A DNA stretch of 62,971 nucleotides, filler included, from Welwitschia mirabilis (taxonomy: Eukaryota): assembly GCA_051453625.1 (NCBI GenBank). It is 6 parts of one record of this genome, joined end to end, with 100 filler letters (N's around TTAATTAATTAA, not from the genome) between each part and the next. Parts side by side here need not be neighbours in the genome. Positions count along the whole stretch, not along the records: positions 32,757 to 41,580 come from JBOZIK010000001.1; positions 41,681 to 50,771 come from JBOZIK010000001.1; positions 50,872 to 62,971 come from JBOZIK010000001.1; 3 more parts are not named here. One strand, written 5' to 3'. Below, one piece after another: positions 39,601 to 51,980 of the stretch (position 1 is its first letter; each line of letters begins with the position of its first letter). Made by a program: the position numbers and the translations under genes. The notes below the pieces were generated by a model, which searched no databases, was not told where the DNA came from, and saw only the letters and a program-made list of their open reading frames with translations.

Positions 39601-40093
39601 ATTCAATTGATCAAAACTTTCATGCAAAGCATAATATTAAGAGGAATTTTGAAGAAACTAAATGTTATTTATAATTAATTACTTAATCATGAAAATGATC
39701 CAGGAGTTCAGTTACCATCCCTTGACTGATTGCAGGGTGGTCGATTGGATCTATGATTTGGTCAACTGGATGTGATCAGTCGACTCACCTGATAGCTTGA
39801 TCACCTAGACTTCTCCCAGTATTATAGACCCGCATCTCGATGAGTTAACTAGAACATCAAATGGTCGATTAGACCTGACAGATTATAGTGTAGAAGTATA
39901 GTCAATGGACCTGATTTCTTTTTTCATTTCATCCTATTTACTTCAGTCTATAAAAGAGATAGAACCCTAACTTGATTTCATTATGTCTTAGCTCCTTCTA
40001 GCCCTTAGATCTATTCATTTTCTCTCAAGATCTAGAGATCTTGCTTCTAGATCTAGTGATTTTCTTAGTATCTTTGCTTGCAAAAGTGTTAGA

Positions 40094-41137
40094 ATGGCTA
40101 TAAGTATTTCCAGAAGAAGAACAAAGGAGGCTTCTTTAAGGGATCCAGTGATCTTCTACTAAGGAATGTCAGAAGATAATATTGAGAAGTTCACTAAGAA
40201 GTTTGATAAAAATGTAGTGTAACAAGAACGATCTATAGTTTTATCTAAGCTTAGGGAACTTAAGAAAGTAATCCAGCTCATGAGAGATCAAGATCTTAAT
40301 CATTTCTTAGATGTTTTAGATTCAACTTATCCATTTATTACTAGGATGTTTTACTATAATGCCTCTTTTGATTGTGATTCCAGGACTCTTAAAACCCTTA
40401 TTTTGGGTAAGAGGATAAGAGTAACAATAAATATTCTCTTAGAGCTAACTGGTCATTCAAGGGGAGACTATGAGAAGTTTTGGCCTCTTAGGGACACCAT
40501 GGAAGACAAACATGTGATTATCGAGGAGCTTTATGATAGGGTGCACTCTTGGAAGCATACTTTGTCTACCTCTTTGTTAACTTTCAAATATCATTTTATT
40601 TATTTAATTTTCACTTATAATGTTTTACGTTTAGTTGGCTATCGTGATGAGGCCTCCTGCTATCGAGCCTAATTAATGTATTTGGTAGGAACTGAGAATT
40701 CCATTGATGCTCCTGCCATAATACTAAAGAATATGGCCTTATAGTTAGAGTACCACAGAAAGAGGGCTTTACCCAACTTTGTGCTTATCACTAGAATTTA
40801 TTGCCCTTTTCAAGTTACTTTTCATCCTAAGTTAGAGTCCCTTTAGCTGATGTCATCCATTAGGCATGCGATCTTGTCTCACATGCATATCTTTGCCTCC
40901 TCCAAGAAATCTCCTTCTGCTACTCCAACAGAAGCATCTCCTGATGAGACTCTTTCATATTTGAGACGGATTAACTCTCATCCCAAACACATGAAAAAAG
41001 CCCTCATTATAGCTAGATATGATATTGCGAATACCTTAGCAGAGGCTACCAGTTTAGCTCACACTGGAAAAAATGAGGAAGAATCAAAGGAAGATTCTAA
41101 AGAAAAAGAAGAAGAAGAGGAGAAGGAGTATGATTAA
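40094..41137 (+). pseudogene. Sirevirus env-like / 3' extra ORF, disrupted
   Basis: Lies after gag-PR and before a PPT-like GTCAAAAAGGTGAGAA (~41188). Contains TYPFITRMFYYNA, ILGKRIRVT and FTYNVL, with an acidic tail. Confidence 0.7.
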
Positions 41138-41708
41138 AATCTTTTATTTTTCAGATTATGTTTGATGTTTTCTTCTTTACCTTTGTTGTCAAAAAGGTGA
41201 GAATTAGTTGTGTTTGTTTGTTAAATTTCAGTTGTATGCTTTTGATGAGATTTTTTTTTCTTTGTAATTTTTGCCTATTAGACTTGTAATTTTTTACTCA
41301 TAATGTAATTTAGTTATTAATTTTAGTGCAATCTTGGTATCATTTGGTATATCTCATTTAATATTCTGATATTATATGTGCTTGTTTTAGAAAGCTTAAA
41401 ATTGTTATAACATTTGAAAATCAATTAAAATATTTGTATCATCTAATTAAATAAGTGTTCTTGATCATATGTATCATTTTATTTCCTCAATTATGCATAT
41501 TAAATTGGTTGCGTTCAAAATAAAAAATATTATTTGTTTAAAATAACTTAACTTATATCAAACTTGGATTATTACTTTAGNNNNNNNNNNNNNNNNNNNN
41601 NNNNNNNNNNNNNNNNNNNNNNNNTTAATTAATTAANNNNNNNNNNNNNNNNNNNNNNNNNNNNNNNNNNNNNNNNNNNNAGATAAGATTTCTTTTTGGT
41701 AAAAGAAA

Positions 41709-43115
41709 ATGCAATCAAGTGAAGGAGGAAAATCAGAAGTTAGAGAAGAGATTAATCTCTTATTTTAAATTTTAGAAATCATATAAATCCTTTCTAATCA
41801 AAATTCAAGCTTATATTAAGGAATTAGAATAAGAGCTTAGTAAGGAAAAAGGAAAAACTTCAGCTTCCTCTACTTAATAAGTAATACTTTGTATTAGAAC
41901 TTTTGAAAAGTATAACCCATAGCAAGAATTACAATTCTAATTATATTGAGATGAAGTAAGAGTTTATCACTTTTATGTACAACAACTTCCCTCTCCCTCT
42001 TAAGAAGAAATATTCAAAGAATATTTATATAGACTTAAGAGGGATGCATGAAAAGTATATGAAGATTCAAGAAGAAGATATGAAATTTAAGCAAAAGTGT
42101 GTGGAGGCCTTAAAACAAGTATAAATCAAGCAAGAGAAGATCGAAATACAAGAGAGAAATATTACTTTTCTTCAAGAAAAGCTAAAATCTACACCTTCTT
42201 CTACACCTCTTAATTATTCCTCCTTAGAACAAAGTTTGATAAAAGTTTTTAAAAATGAATTAGCCTCAGTCTCAGAAAGAGTTCAGCATCCTATATTACA
42301 CAAAAATCCTCTACTAAATTCAAAAATTTTCATGCATCAAATTTTAGATGCCATTAAATAAATATTAGTTCACTAGTTAGTTGAACCTAATCAAGTAGTT
42401 ACTTTATGAAAATAAACTATTAGAGATTTTATTAGAAAAGAGAATAAGATTTGAAGATGAAGAATTAAGGGTATAGTAAAGCATGCACTTCTAACCCCAA
42501 AAGATATATGTAAATGCGATCATACAAAATGCAAAAAATGGGTGGAAGAGAATCATATTAGTATCCAACCAAGTGGTAGACAAGGTAAGAACTATCAAAA
42601 GTGAAGTGGTAATAGGAAAGAATAAAAAAACATTAAGTAAAATCCTACAAGTTTATGAAGGTTTAAAAAAAGAACATTTTTATTTTTATAGTTATTGAAC
42701 AGGATCTGAAATATCTGAAAAACCAAATAAATCAACTTTTAGAGTGTGTAAGAATGCTCAAGAAAATATTTATAGATATTTCGCCAAGATGAAAGGAGGA
42801 GAAGGGATAAGAACTATTCTATTTGAAAGCTTTTTTGGATTGAAGGAAATAGAAAAACTTCATCCTTCTAAACTTGTAAGACCTAAGTGAACTCCAACTG
42901 CCATAAAAGGTAAACAATCAAAAGGGGAGCCACCTAAGATAACTCAATCAAACTAAGAAAATATAAGTTTGGATGATCTAGCCCTTTGAAATAATAAATT
43001 AAAGAAATAAAGCAGTTGAAGGAATCAAGAAAGTCACAAGATGAGTTAGGATTAGATGTAGTTAAGATGAAGAGATCAAGCATCAAAGGAAATACTATAA
43101 ATTGTATTATTAAAG
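41709..43115 (+). pseudogene. Unidentified decayed ORF(s) upstream of the PPT
   Basis: Long frames are broken by TAA/TGA stops: MQSSEGGKSEVREE, KIQAYIKELE, MKIQEEDMKFKQKCVEALKQ, ICKCDHTKCKKW and KILQVYEGLKKEHFYFYSY. Confidence 0.5.
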
Positions 43116-44025
43116 AACTAACAATTGTCTAAGTGTAGGGGAAATTGTTGACTAAAAAAAGAATGTACATTTATGATATGTTTGTAATGAAGAGTATGAT
43201 AAATTATTAGCCAATATTATGACATTATTATAATATATTATGAGTTATTATGATTAACTTTGTAATGTAAGTCAGTTAAGAGGAGATACACTACAAAAAG
43301 GGAAGTAGTTATAACAACTAGACATGTGGTGCAAAGAAAGGAATAACAAAATTTCTACCGTTGAACTTATAAATAGGCACATAGTAGAAGGCTGAGGGAT
43401 CTTTTTGGTATTCTTGGGGAAAAGTTACAAAGCACATTCAAGCAAAGAGATCATAGGAGGAAGAACTATAGAGTAACTTCTTAAAGCTCTAGTGCTTATT
43501 GTAGAAACACATGGGAGTTAGTCTTTGTATTTTCTTATTAAGTAATAAAGATATGTTATTTTGAAAAGAATATTGTGTTATTAAATTATATAATTTGAAA
43601 AAGTTGCATGCTACCTTTTCTTGCTCTTAATATTAATGATAGTTAGAGTTGATATTAAGATGATGTACTAGTTAAAAATAATGGGTATAGGTGATCTAGC
43701 TATGTTTTCTCTGTTTTAGTTCTTTCATTTTTCCCACACTCTGTAAACTATTGTCTATAAGTAGAATCCTATCAAAACATATTTTTACCAAGAACAGTCA
43801 TTCTTAATAAAGTTTATGTTCTAATCTAAGGTTTTTATTATCAGTCAAAAGCAAAAGGAAAAAATCCCTTCTAAAAATTTTAATGATTTAAGTCTGTGCA
43901 TAATTGTGATAGTTTAAGTTGTATGATTTTCTAGCATTTTATTAATATTTCAGTTTCTTTTTAACCATTTCTTTAAATCTATTTAATTACTTTATAGCAT
44001 TTTTAGTTAAATTTCAGACTTTTTA

Positions 44026-47000
44026 GTATTGAACCAACAAAATGATTAACATAAATTCGTGTAAAAATATTAATATTATCTTATCAAACTATTACTTTAT
44101 ATGATAAAATAACTATTTCTCTTAAGTTATATACAAGTAAATAAAACATAGTTTTAAAATTTTTGTGAAAAACCACATTTGTAAAAGCATAACTTCACAA
44201 GATCGGAAAAAGAATATGATAAAATAGAAAGAAATAATCTTTTAAAAACATCTAGTATGATTCTAAAGATCATTGATGATTCATGTGAATAACTAAGAGA
44301 GTTTGAGGAGTCAAGTCTACCAAGGTCATTTTCATATAAAAATATTTTTTTTGAAAATTTTATTACTTGAAATCATACAATATGGATGTAATTAAGTAAT
44401 TTAAACATCTAATTCCATTTCATACAAAATTTATAGTATCTTAAAATCAAAATATAGTACTCAAACTATAAGATTCTTTAAATCAACATAACAAACTTTT
44501 AACTTTAATAATATTTTTACTAAATTTTAATATAATTGGATTAAAAAAATAAATATTGATGTATTATAAAATAAATTATAAAAATAATAAAACATCTAAA
44601 TTAGATTTCAAATTAATAAATAATTAATAAAAAATAGCATATGAATGTTTATTAATTCAAAGTAACGTGGAGTCAATTTCTAGTTATTTTGAATAATAAA
44701 AGAGATAAAATGAAGTATAGAGAGAAAATAGAGAGAGAAAATTTAGAATAATGACCCATTAAATTCTCAAAATCGTTTAAATATTTATAATATGTCTTTA
44801 AAAATTTTGAGAACCTAGAAATCAAGATCATGTAGAATCAATTGAAACCGATAGAATAGTTCATTTAGAAAAAACTATAAAAATTATAGTTAACCTTATT
44901 TTAACCATGAATATTAAGAAAACTATAAAACTAAAGAACAAATAGATTGCATCTTTGGAAATTAGCCAAAAACTACTACATGATAAAATCTTCAATTTTG
45001 AAAAACACATCAATAATGATATAGAAATTTAATAGGAAAAAACAAGAAAATTATGATTTCATATATCATAACATTTTGCAAGTAAAAGTGTAACTTTGAC
45101 TGTAAATGGTCAAAAAAGAGGTTTTAGAGGTTGAATTTGGGTTCTAATTAGTTTTAGATAAAAGATCCTTAATAATGATAGAAAGCTACTATTATACTTT
45201 TATATTCATTTAAGTTGTTAAAAACAAGTTATGATTAAAAGGAGCACTAAAATTTATTAGTCTACTTTAATTTTAAGAAGAGAAGAAAGAAGAGAGAATA
45301 ATCCATGCAAAGATAGATATTTTTGATTTTATAAAAATATAAATTCTTCTACTATTAAATAGGAGAAAATAAAATTCATCATCGTTTGCTTAGAAAAAAA
45401 GGTGGAATTATAAGAAAATTTATTATAAAAAAAGAGCAAAATGGAGGAAAGAAGGAAGAAAAGGAATAAAATAAATAATTTTTTTTGACACATAGCGACC
45501 AATAATTAAACAATATAGTATGGTAAGATAGTTACTAAATTCATAATAATGCAATTAGTGATAGCAATGTAATATGCTATAAGAAGTCTAATCAAATTAA
45601 ACAAAAAGCATGACAAAAATGCATAAATTAAGAAAAAAAAGCATAAAAAAAAGAAAACATAACAATTATTGATTTGATATGAAATTACATTCCTTGCCAC
45701 TAGTCTTTAATCCAATTTCTTATAACATTTAATGCCTTCTTCTCCTCTACACTATCTATTCATGTGGACTCAACCACCCTTGCAATGCATTCCATATGAA
45801 TGAAGATTGGGAAAACAGGATGAAAAATGGAATGTATGGAACATGAGAAAATGTAAATGATAAAAAATGGATGTATCTAACATAGAATATGAGAATGAAT
45901 ATTGTAGAAGCCTTCCAAAATTAATATAGAGAGAAAATCAACTTCGAAGTAAAGAAATATGAGAGAAATAAAGTAGAAAATATCCTTCCAATGTTTGAGA
46001 ATGGTTTGAATTCAACTTGAAAGCATCAAAATGGAATAATTTTCCTAGAGTAATATTATTATCTAAGTTAAAACATCGAGGAAGATCTTTATAGATGCAC
46101 TTGGTTTAGTTTCAGGCTATGGAGTTACCATAACCATCAATTTCTGCATGTGATTCATTCTTAACTTATGAAAACTATTTAACGGTACAACAACATCAAT
46201 TTTCTCATGGAGATGATGCTATAGTACCATAGGTAGTTTTAAAAATAAGCACCTTAATCTTTAAAAAGTAAATTACTTCAATTTCATCTCTTATGGCTAA
46301 ATTAATAGAAACATCAAATTTGACTTAAAAATAACAAGGAATGTACAAATTATAGCTCTAAAAATGCAAATTTCTAAAGTATTAGTGTTTTGAGATACTC
46401 TAATGTTATTCAAGGACATGCATTTAGTGTTAAAATAATTTAAAATTATCACATCACCAAGGGGATGAGATAAGATAATGGAAAGAGGACTATGANNNNN
46501 NNNNNTCATTTATAGAGATACTAGATTAAAGTAGTCTTTTATGCTCCCCATTTTCACCCTTGATCTTGATTTTTTAATCATAATCATTATAAATATCCTT
46601 AGACTAGATCATAATATATCTTTTTAAGCTCATTAATTATCTAAGATCCTTATCATCTGAAAAGTATAAAAATACCTCTAATTACAATATTATAATTTAA
46701 AACATAAAGCAAAATAACGACTATTAATACCTTATTTTATTAAAAATTCAGGATTCATCATACCCTTCATTTAATCTCCTTGTACATCTTATGTAAGTGA
46801 TGATGATAATAGAAATGGAGGTTTCTAATAATCAAGATATTCGTAGCTTATGTGGATGGTTATGGATGTAAATGCTGGTCTTATAAATAAAACAACATAT
46901 AAAGCAAAAATACCAGTAATCATGAAAAGTACATATATAGGAGATAGTAAATAGAATGCAATAACATTAGAAACTTCAAATTTTATTCATTTATCTACAA

Positions 47001-47085
47001 ATTAAAGTAAAAATTTTATTCATTTACAAGAAGTAAAGAAAAATGTAAATATTATTTACATGTAAAAAAGAATATCCAAACTAAG
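44026..47085. repeat. Long tandem unit, segments C+A
   Basis: C (44026-45498) is colinear with 52966-54500. A is colinear with 25829-27228. Confidence 0.85.
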
Positions 47086-50000
47086 TTTAACCCATTAATT
47101 TAGCATAGTAGAAGATATTAAAATATCTATTTTATTATAAAGTTATTTATTTAACCATTTTATATAGGATTAATGAAATTATCAACTTTCCCATAATATT
47201 TTTAAGTTAATTACTACCTTATGTAACGCATTCTGTAAAATCAAAGAATTCCATCAGAAAATTTCAGTGTTGTCATCTAGGTTACCAATGTTATTGGTGT
47301 TTTAGGGAATAATGAGTTTAAAGCCATGTTTTTATGTCTTTATGAAAATTTCATCACATTCATCTTGTAAGCTTAGTTAGAAATTAAATAAAAAATAATC
47401 ATAAATCCTGATAATACATGGCAAAGGTAGAAAGTAATACATGGGAATGACATGTGGTATTGATGAGTAAGATCATGTAGAATACATATGGCACTAGCAT
47501 CTAATGGTAGTAGAATCATTTTCCAAAGGCCACATTATGACTACTTTTCATGAGAAAACAAAGATCTTACCTAATGCTACATGACGAAATTTGTAACCTC
47601 CCCTAATGTAACTACTGAAAAGTAAAACCCCCTAATTTAATCACCACCAACCATTATAAGTGAATGATTTCTAAGCCTCCCCTTATCTATAAAAAGGCCT
47701 TAAACTCTCATTGTAAAGGATCTATGATGAACAAATGTAATGGAAATACTTGAACTATTAGGATATCATAACTTTTTAAACACCTCCCTTGGGAGCAAAC
47801 TTGTTGTAAGGATAGTTTAAGGAAGTTGTTTTAGCTTCATCTTTCTCTTTTAATGTGATGTATTTCATAATTTAAATCAAGAATAAGTTATTTATTCTTC
47901 AATTTCTAGTGCACATTAATAGGTATTTTTAATCCTTGGTTGAGACTATTTATTATGTTATGATAAAAGTCATTGTTTATTCTTTGATTTGTAGTGCACA
48001 TTAACATAGTACTTTTAATCCTTAAGTGAGACTACATTATTTAGTTATATTACTACCAAGTGAGTTCTCTAAAGTTAGATTTTGGTTACATTCATTGTTA
48101 TGTTATATATTTTAAGTACAGTTATCCTTAGTTTCTATGTTTATGAAGGACTATGAAGGACTAAGTAATAGTTTCTATGTTTATGAAGGACTATGAAGGA
48201 CTAAGTAACTATTGAATTTACTAACACTCATGTGGTAAATGAGATTATGTTATCATACTTGAGTCATCATGACTTAATGACTTAAGCTTATATTTTAAGA
48301 GTTACAAGAAACCATTAGAGCAAAGGCAAATTGTAGGACAAGTTAAACTAGATCTTTGAAGCATGTATGTTTTCCTATGTCATTGACTGAGGTTTATCAA
48401 AAATTTTCAAACTTGATTTTACATTTTATTTGGTTTTTATTATATGATTAAAAGTATTGTATAACTTTTATTAAGTATACCATAAATATCTCTATGAAAG
48501 AATGATGCTAGGTTCTTATCTTATTTATTTGATGTTTACATTTGTACTATAATGAATAATATAATTTAATTACAAATAGATTTTGTGTTGTTGTTATGGA
48601 TATGTGCATGACAGCTTTTTAAAAGAAGCATAATTTTTCTTTCTTAAAAATTTTTAGTTTACTTTTTAGTTTTCTAATAGTTGGTATGGGTCTATTTCTA
48701 GTGAAACCTAAACTAGTCCTTTTCTTTTTCTTTTGAGAATTTATTTCTTTTTTTTTCCTTTCCAATGGTAGATATTGGTCCATTTCTAGTGATACCTGAA
48801 ATGATCTAGTTTAGAGTTTTATTTAATTTTTTTACTCTATCCTAAAAAATAATTTCATGTCTAATATTTTGTATTATAGTTCTAATGAATTTTTTGTAGG
48901 TCATAACTAAAACAAGTATCGCAAAAAATTAAAAATTAAATTAGAATCAGATTTTGTGTGTTTTATATTTTATTTTTCGCAAATTGTATTTTATCTTCTT
49001 GTGTTTGGTTCTATTACATTTTAGTTTTTTTGATGAAATTTCTAAAATTAAAAATAAGATTAAGGGTTTATTTTCCTAGGTTTTGTTTTCCAAGTTACAA
49101 CTGTTTTAACTTCTACTGTGTTTTTTTGAGACCCTACAACATGAAATACTTTATGTAGCTACATCCATAACTATGTTATTTTTTTTGAAGCAATTCTCTA
49201 AACATGACTGGCGCTACCATGAACATAATCAGCTCTGTCAACTTTTTGTACAAGTTTTTGGTTTAGTTTTTATAGAAAATCTCTTCTGATCCTCTAAATC
49301 CTTTTTGATATCAGACCCCCTTTTGAAACCTCAACAAGTTATTAAAACATAATCCTATAGTTGACTTCATAGAATTTTTTTTAAAACTTAACATGTGTTA
49401 GGCACATGATCCTCGTGGTGGGTTATATGAAGTACCTTAAAAACTTCAACCTATCAGTGGAAGCTATAAAAATACCTACATCTTATTTAATTACACATAA
49501 TCTAAATAAACTATAGGAGACTATACTTGACCTAAGAAAACTTTAAGGGACTACCTTCAATGCGAATACAACAACCTATACCATTTTAGAGCTAAAAATC
49601 CTTCTGAGACTAGGCAAGCCTTTAGAGAATATCTTTGAAGCCTAGAACCCCATTGGTATATAGATGAATCTCTTTGCAACCTTGAGTTTGAAAATACTTA
49701 TGTTGAACAAAAAGGGTTTGATCCCATGCCTTCTACCTTTCCTCATAACCCTTATTCTCCATTATTTTATCAATATTCTTCATCTTTCCGTTCTTACCCA
49801 TTTGACAAAAAACAACCTTCTTCATCTACTTTATTAGAGGAATCATTAAGAAAATGCATAGAAAGCTAAACCTAATTCTCCATGATCATGAACAAATTAA
49901 GTAACATTCATCCTCCTTAAGTCATCTTGTGTAACTTCTTTAACAAGTAACCTAGACTAGTGTTATCCTCAACTAACAAGAAGAGGAAAACCTTCCTACA

Positions 50001-51980
50001 TTCTATGAACCTAATCTTAAGAGACTTGAAAAACTTGAAAGAATTAAAGGTAGTGAAATCAATGATACTTAATCCATATCCTTTAGGAATGAGAAAGAAC
50101 CAAATGAGGAAATCCATGAGGACCTTGAGTTTAAAAGAGCACTAGTGAGTGAATGATTATTTGTGAAAAGGATACACTTCATACAAGTATTAAACATATC
50201 AGAGGATGAGTAGTTATTAGAAGATGAGCAAATATTTGAGGAAGGCTGTTACTGTTGAGAGTTATACAACAAAGGATGAGTTAATAAGGGATATAAATAA
50301 GAAGGATAACATTGAAGAAAAGCCTTTCTTTGATTGAAAACCATCATCTCTCAAGCAAATACATGAGGAAAAATCTTGTAATAGTCTTGATGATGAGATG
50401 AACATTAGCAAAGAGCCTGTACATACCCATTCTGTGGACTCTTGCAAAGACCTTATACTAATGTTCTTTTTAATTTCATGGACTCTTGCATAAAAATCTA
50501 CATGGATTCTCTTCCAACTTAGAATTCTTCGCATAATTTTGACATATCATCTAACCTTTGCACTCATCACCATCTTGATCCTTCACACATGTACCACCTT
50601 TAAAAATCCCTTTCAAATTTTTTAGTTTTATTATAATGCTTTTAGGTTAGATTTTTTTCCTTTAAATTAGATTTTCCTTTTAGATTAGATTTAAGTTATA
50701 AAAATTAAAACTATTATTTTTGAATGGTTTTTCTTTCTTCAAACCATCCAAGCACTACCACGTATAAAAACNNNNNNNNNNNNNNNNNNNNNNNNNNNNN
50801 NNNNNNNNNNNNNNNTTAATTAATTAANNNNNNNNNNNNNNNNNNNNNNNNNNNNNNNNNNNNNNNNNNNNGAAAGTCGCAAATAACAGGCGACAACTCG
50901 GGAATACACTCTGTGAAAGTGTCAGAGGGGAGTGTCGTCTAGGTTGTCGTCCAGACGATGGAGGGGACGACAGGGTTTTACAATGAGATAACTTAGTTTG
51001 CTTCCACTTTGTCTGTCTGTCATCTGCATGCAAACTAATGTCTACTGATTCTGAAGATGTCGTCCACTGGTGTCGTCTGGACGATGATCTGGACGATGGA
51101 TGTCGATGATAAGAACTTCACTTCAAGCCAAAGATTTTTAAGCCTTCCCTAATGTATGAAAATGCCTTAAGTCCTCATTATAAAAAATCTTTGATTGACA
51201 AATGTGGTAGGAATGCTTATAGTATCTAGATGTCAGGGCTTTCTAAGCATCTCCCTTAGGAGCATATTGTTTTGAGGCTATTTTGAAGAGTCTATTTTAG
51301 CTTCATCTTCCTCTTTTAATGTAATGTATTTTTTTAATTTACTGTAAGATAAAATTATTCATTTTTAGATTTCTAGTACACATTAACATGGTTTTTTTAA
51401 TTCTTCAATTAGTTGTTCATTTTTTAATTTCTAGTGCATGTTAACAAAATACTTTTAATCCTTAGATAAGACTACATTATCACGTTTTATCACTACTAAG
51501 TGAATTTTCTAAAGTTAAATATTACTTATAGTTGCTATCATATTATAGATATTAAGTATAGTTGTTCTTACTTTCTATATCTATGAAGTGATATAAAGGA
51601 CTAAGTGACTATTGAATTCACCAACACTTATGTCATAAATAAGATTATATTACCACACTTAAGCCATTACAACATGATGACTTAAACTCATGCTTTAAGA
51701 ATTATAGGAAATTGTTGGATTAAAGGTGAGTTGTTAGATAAGAAAATTACATCTTTGAATCTTGTTCATTTTCCTATGTCATCAACTGAAGTTCATTAGA
51801 ACTGTCAAACTCAATTTTGCATTTTCTTTGATTTGCATTGCAAGATTAAAATTATTATATTAATTTTGTTAAGTGTACCATATATATCCTTGTAGAAGAA
51901 TGATATTGAATCCTTACCTTGTTTATTTGAAGTTCATATTTTTACTACAATGAATAACATAACTTGACTGCAAATAGTCA
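47086..51980 (+). mobile_element. Decayed Gypsy (Athila-like) element with paired LTR remnants, gapped
   Basis: 47665-48578 is colinear with 51135-51976. A degenerate PBS-like TTTTGTGTTGTTGTTATGGA is at 48581, and gag-like PKKTLRDYLQ at 49531. The outer boundaries are uncertain and no clear TSD was found. Confidence 0.6.
50872..51115. mobile_element. Fragment of the GTCGTC-rich Athila-like LTR family
   Basis: Contains GTCGTCTAGG, GTCGTCCAGACGA and GTCGTCTGGACGA, resembling 5020-5170. Confidence 0.65.

Larger units (their letters stand above)
28214..44025 (+). mobile_element. LTR element of unresolved lineage: 5' LTR 28214-~29035 (truncated), 3' LTR 43146-44025, with nested insertions
   Basis: Direct repeats of ~820 bp start TGATGAC/TGTTGAC and contain CTTATAAATAGGCAC. 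A PPT AAGTGTAGGGGAAAT precedes 43146. The TSD is GTTTT/GTATT, and the empty site GAGTATTAAACC is at ~52961. Confidence 0.75.

Noticed and set aside
41709..43115. Endogenous pararetrovirus call
   Set aside because: No movement protein, coat protein or RT motif is recognisable and it abuts an LTR PPT. Kept only as an unidentified ORF.
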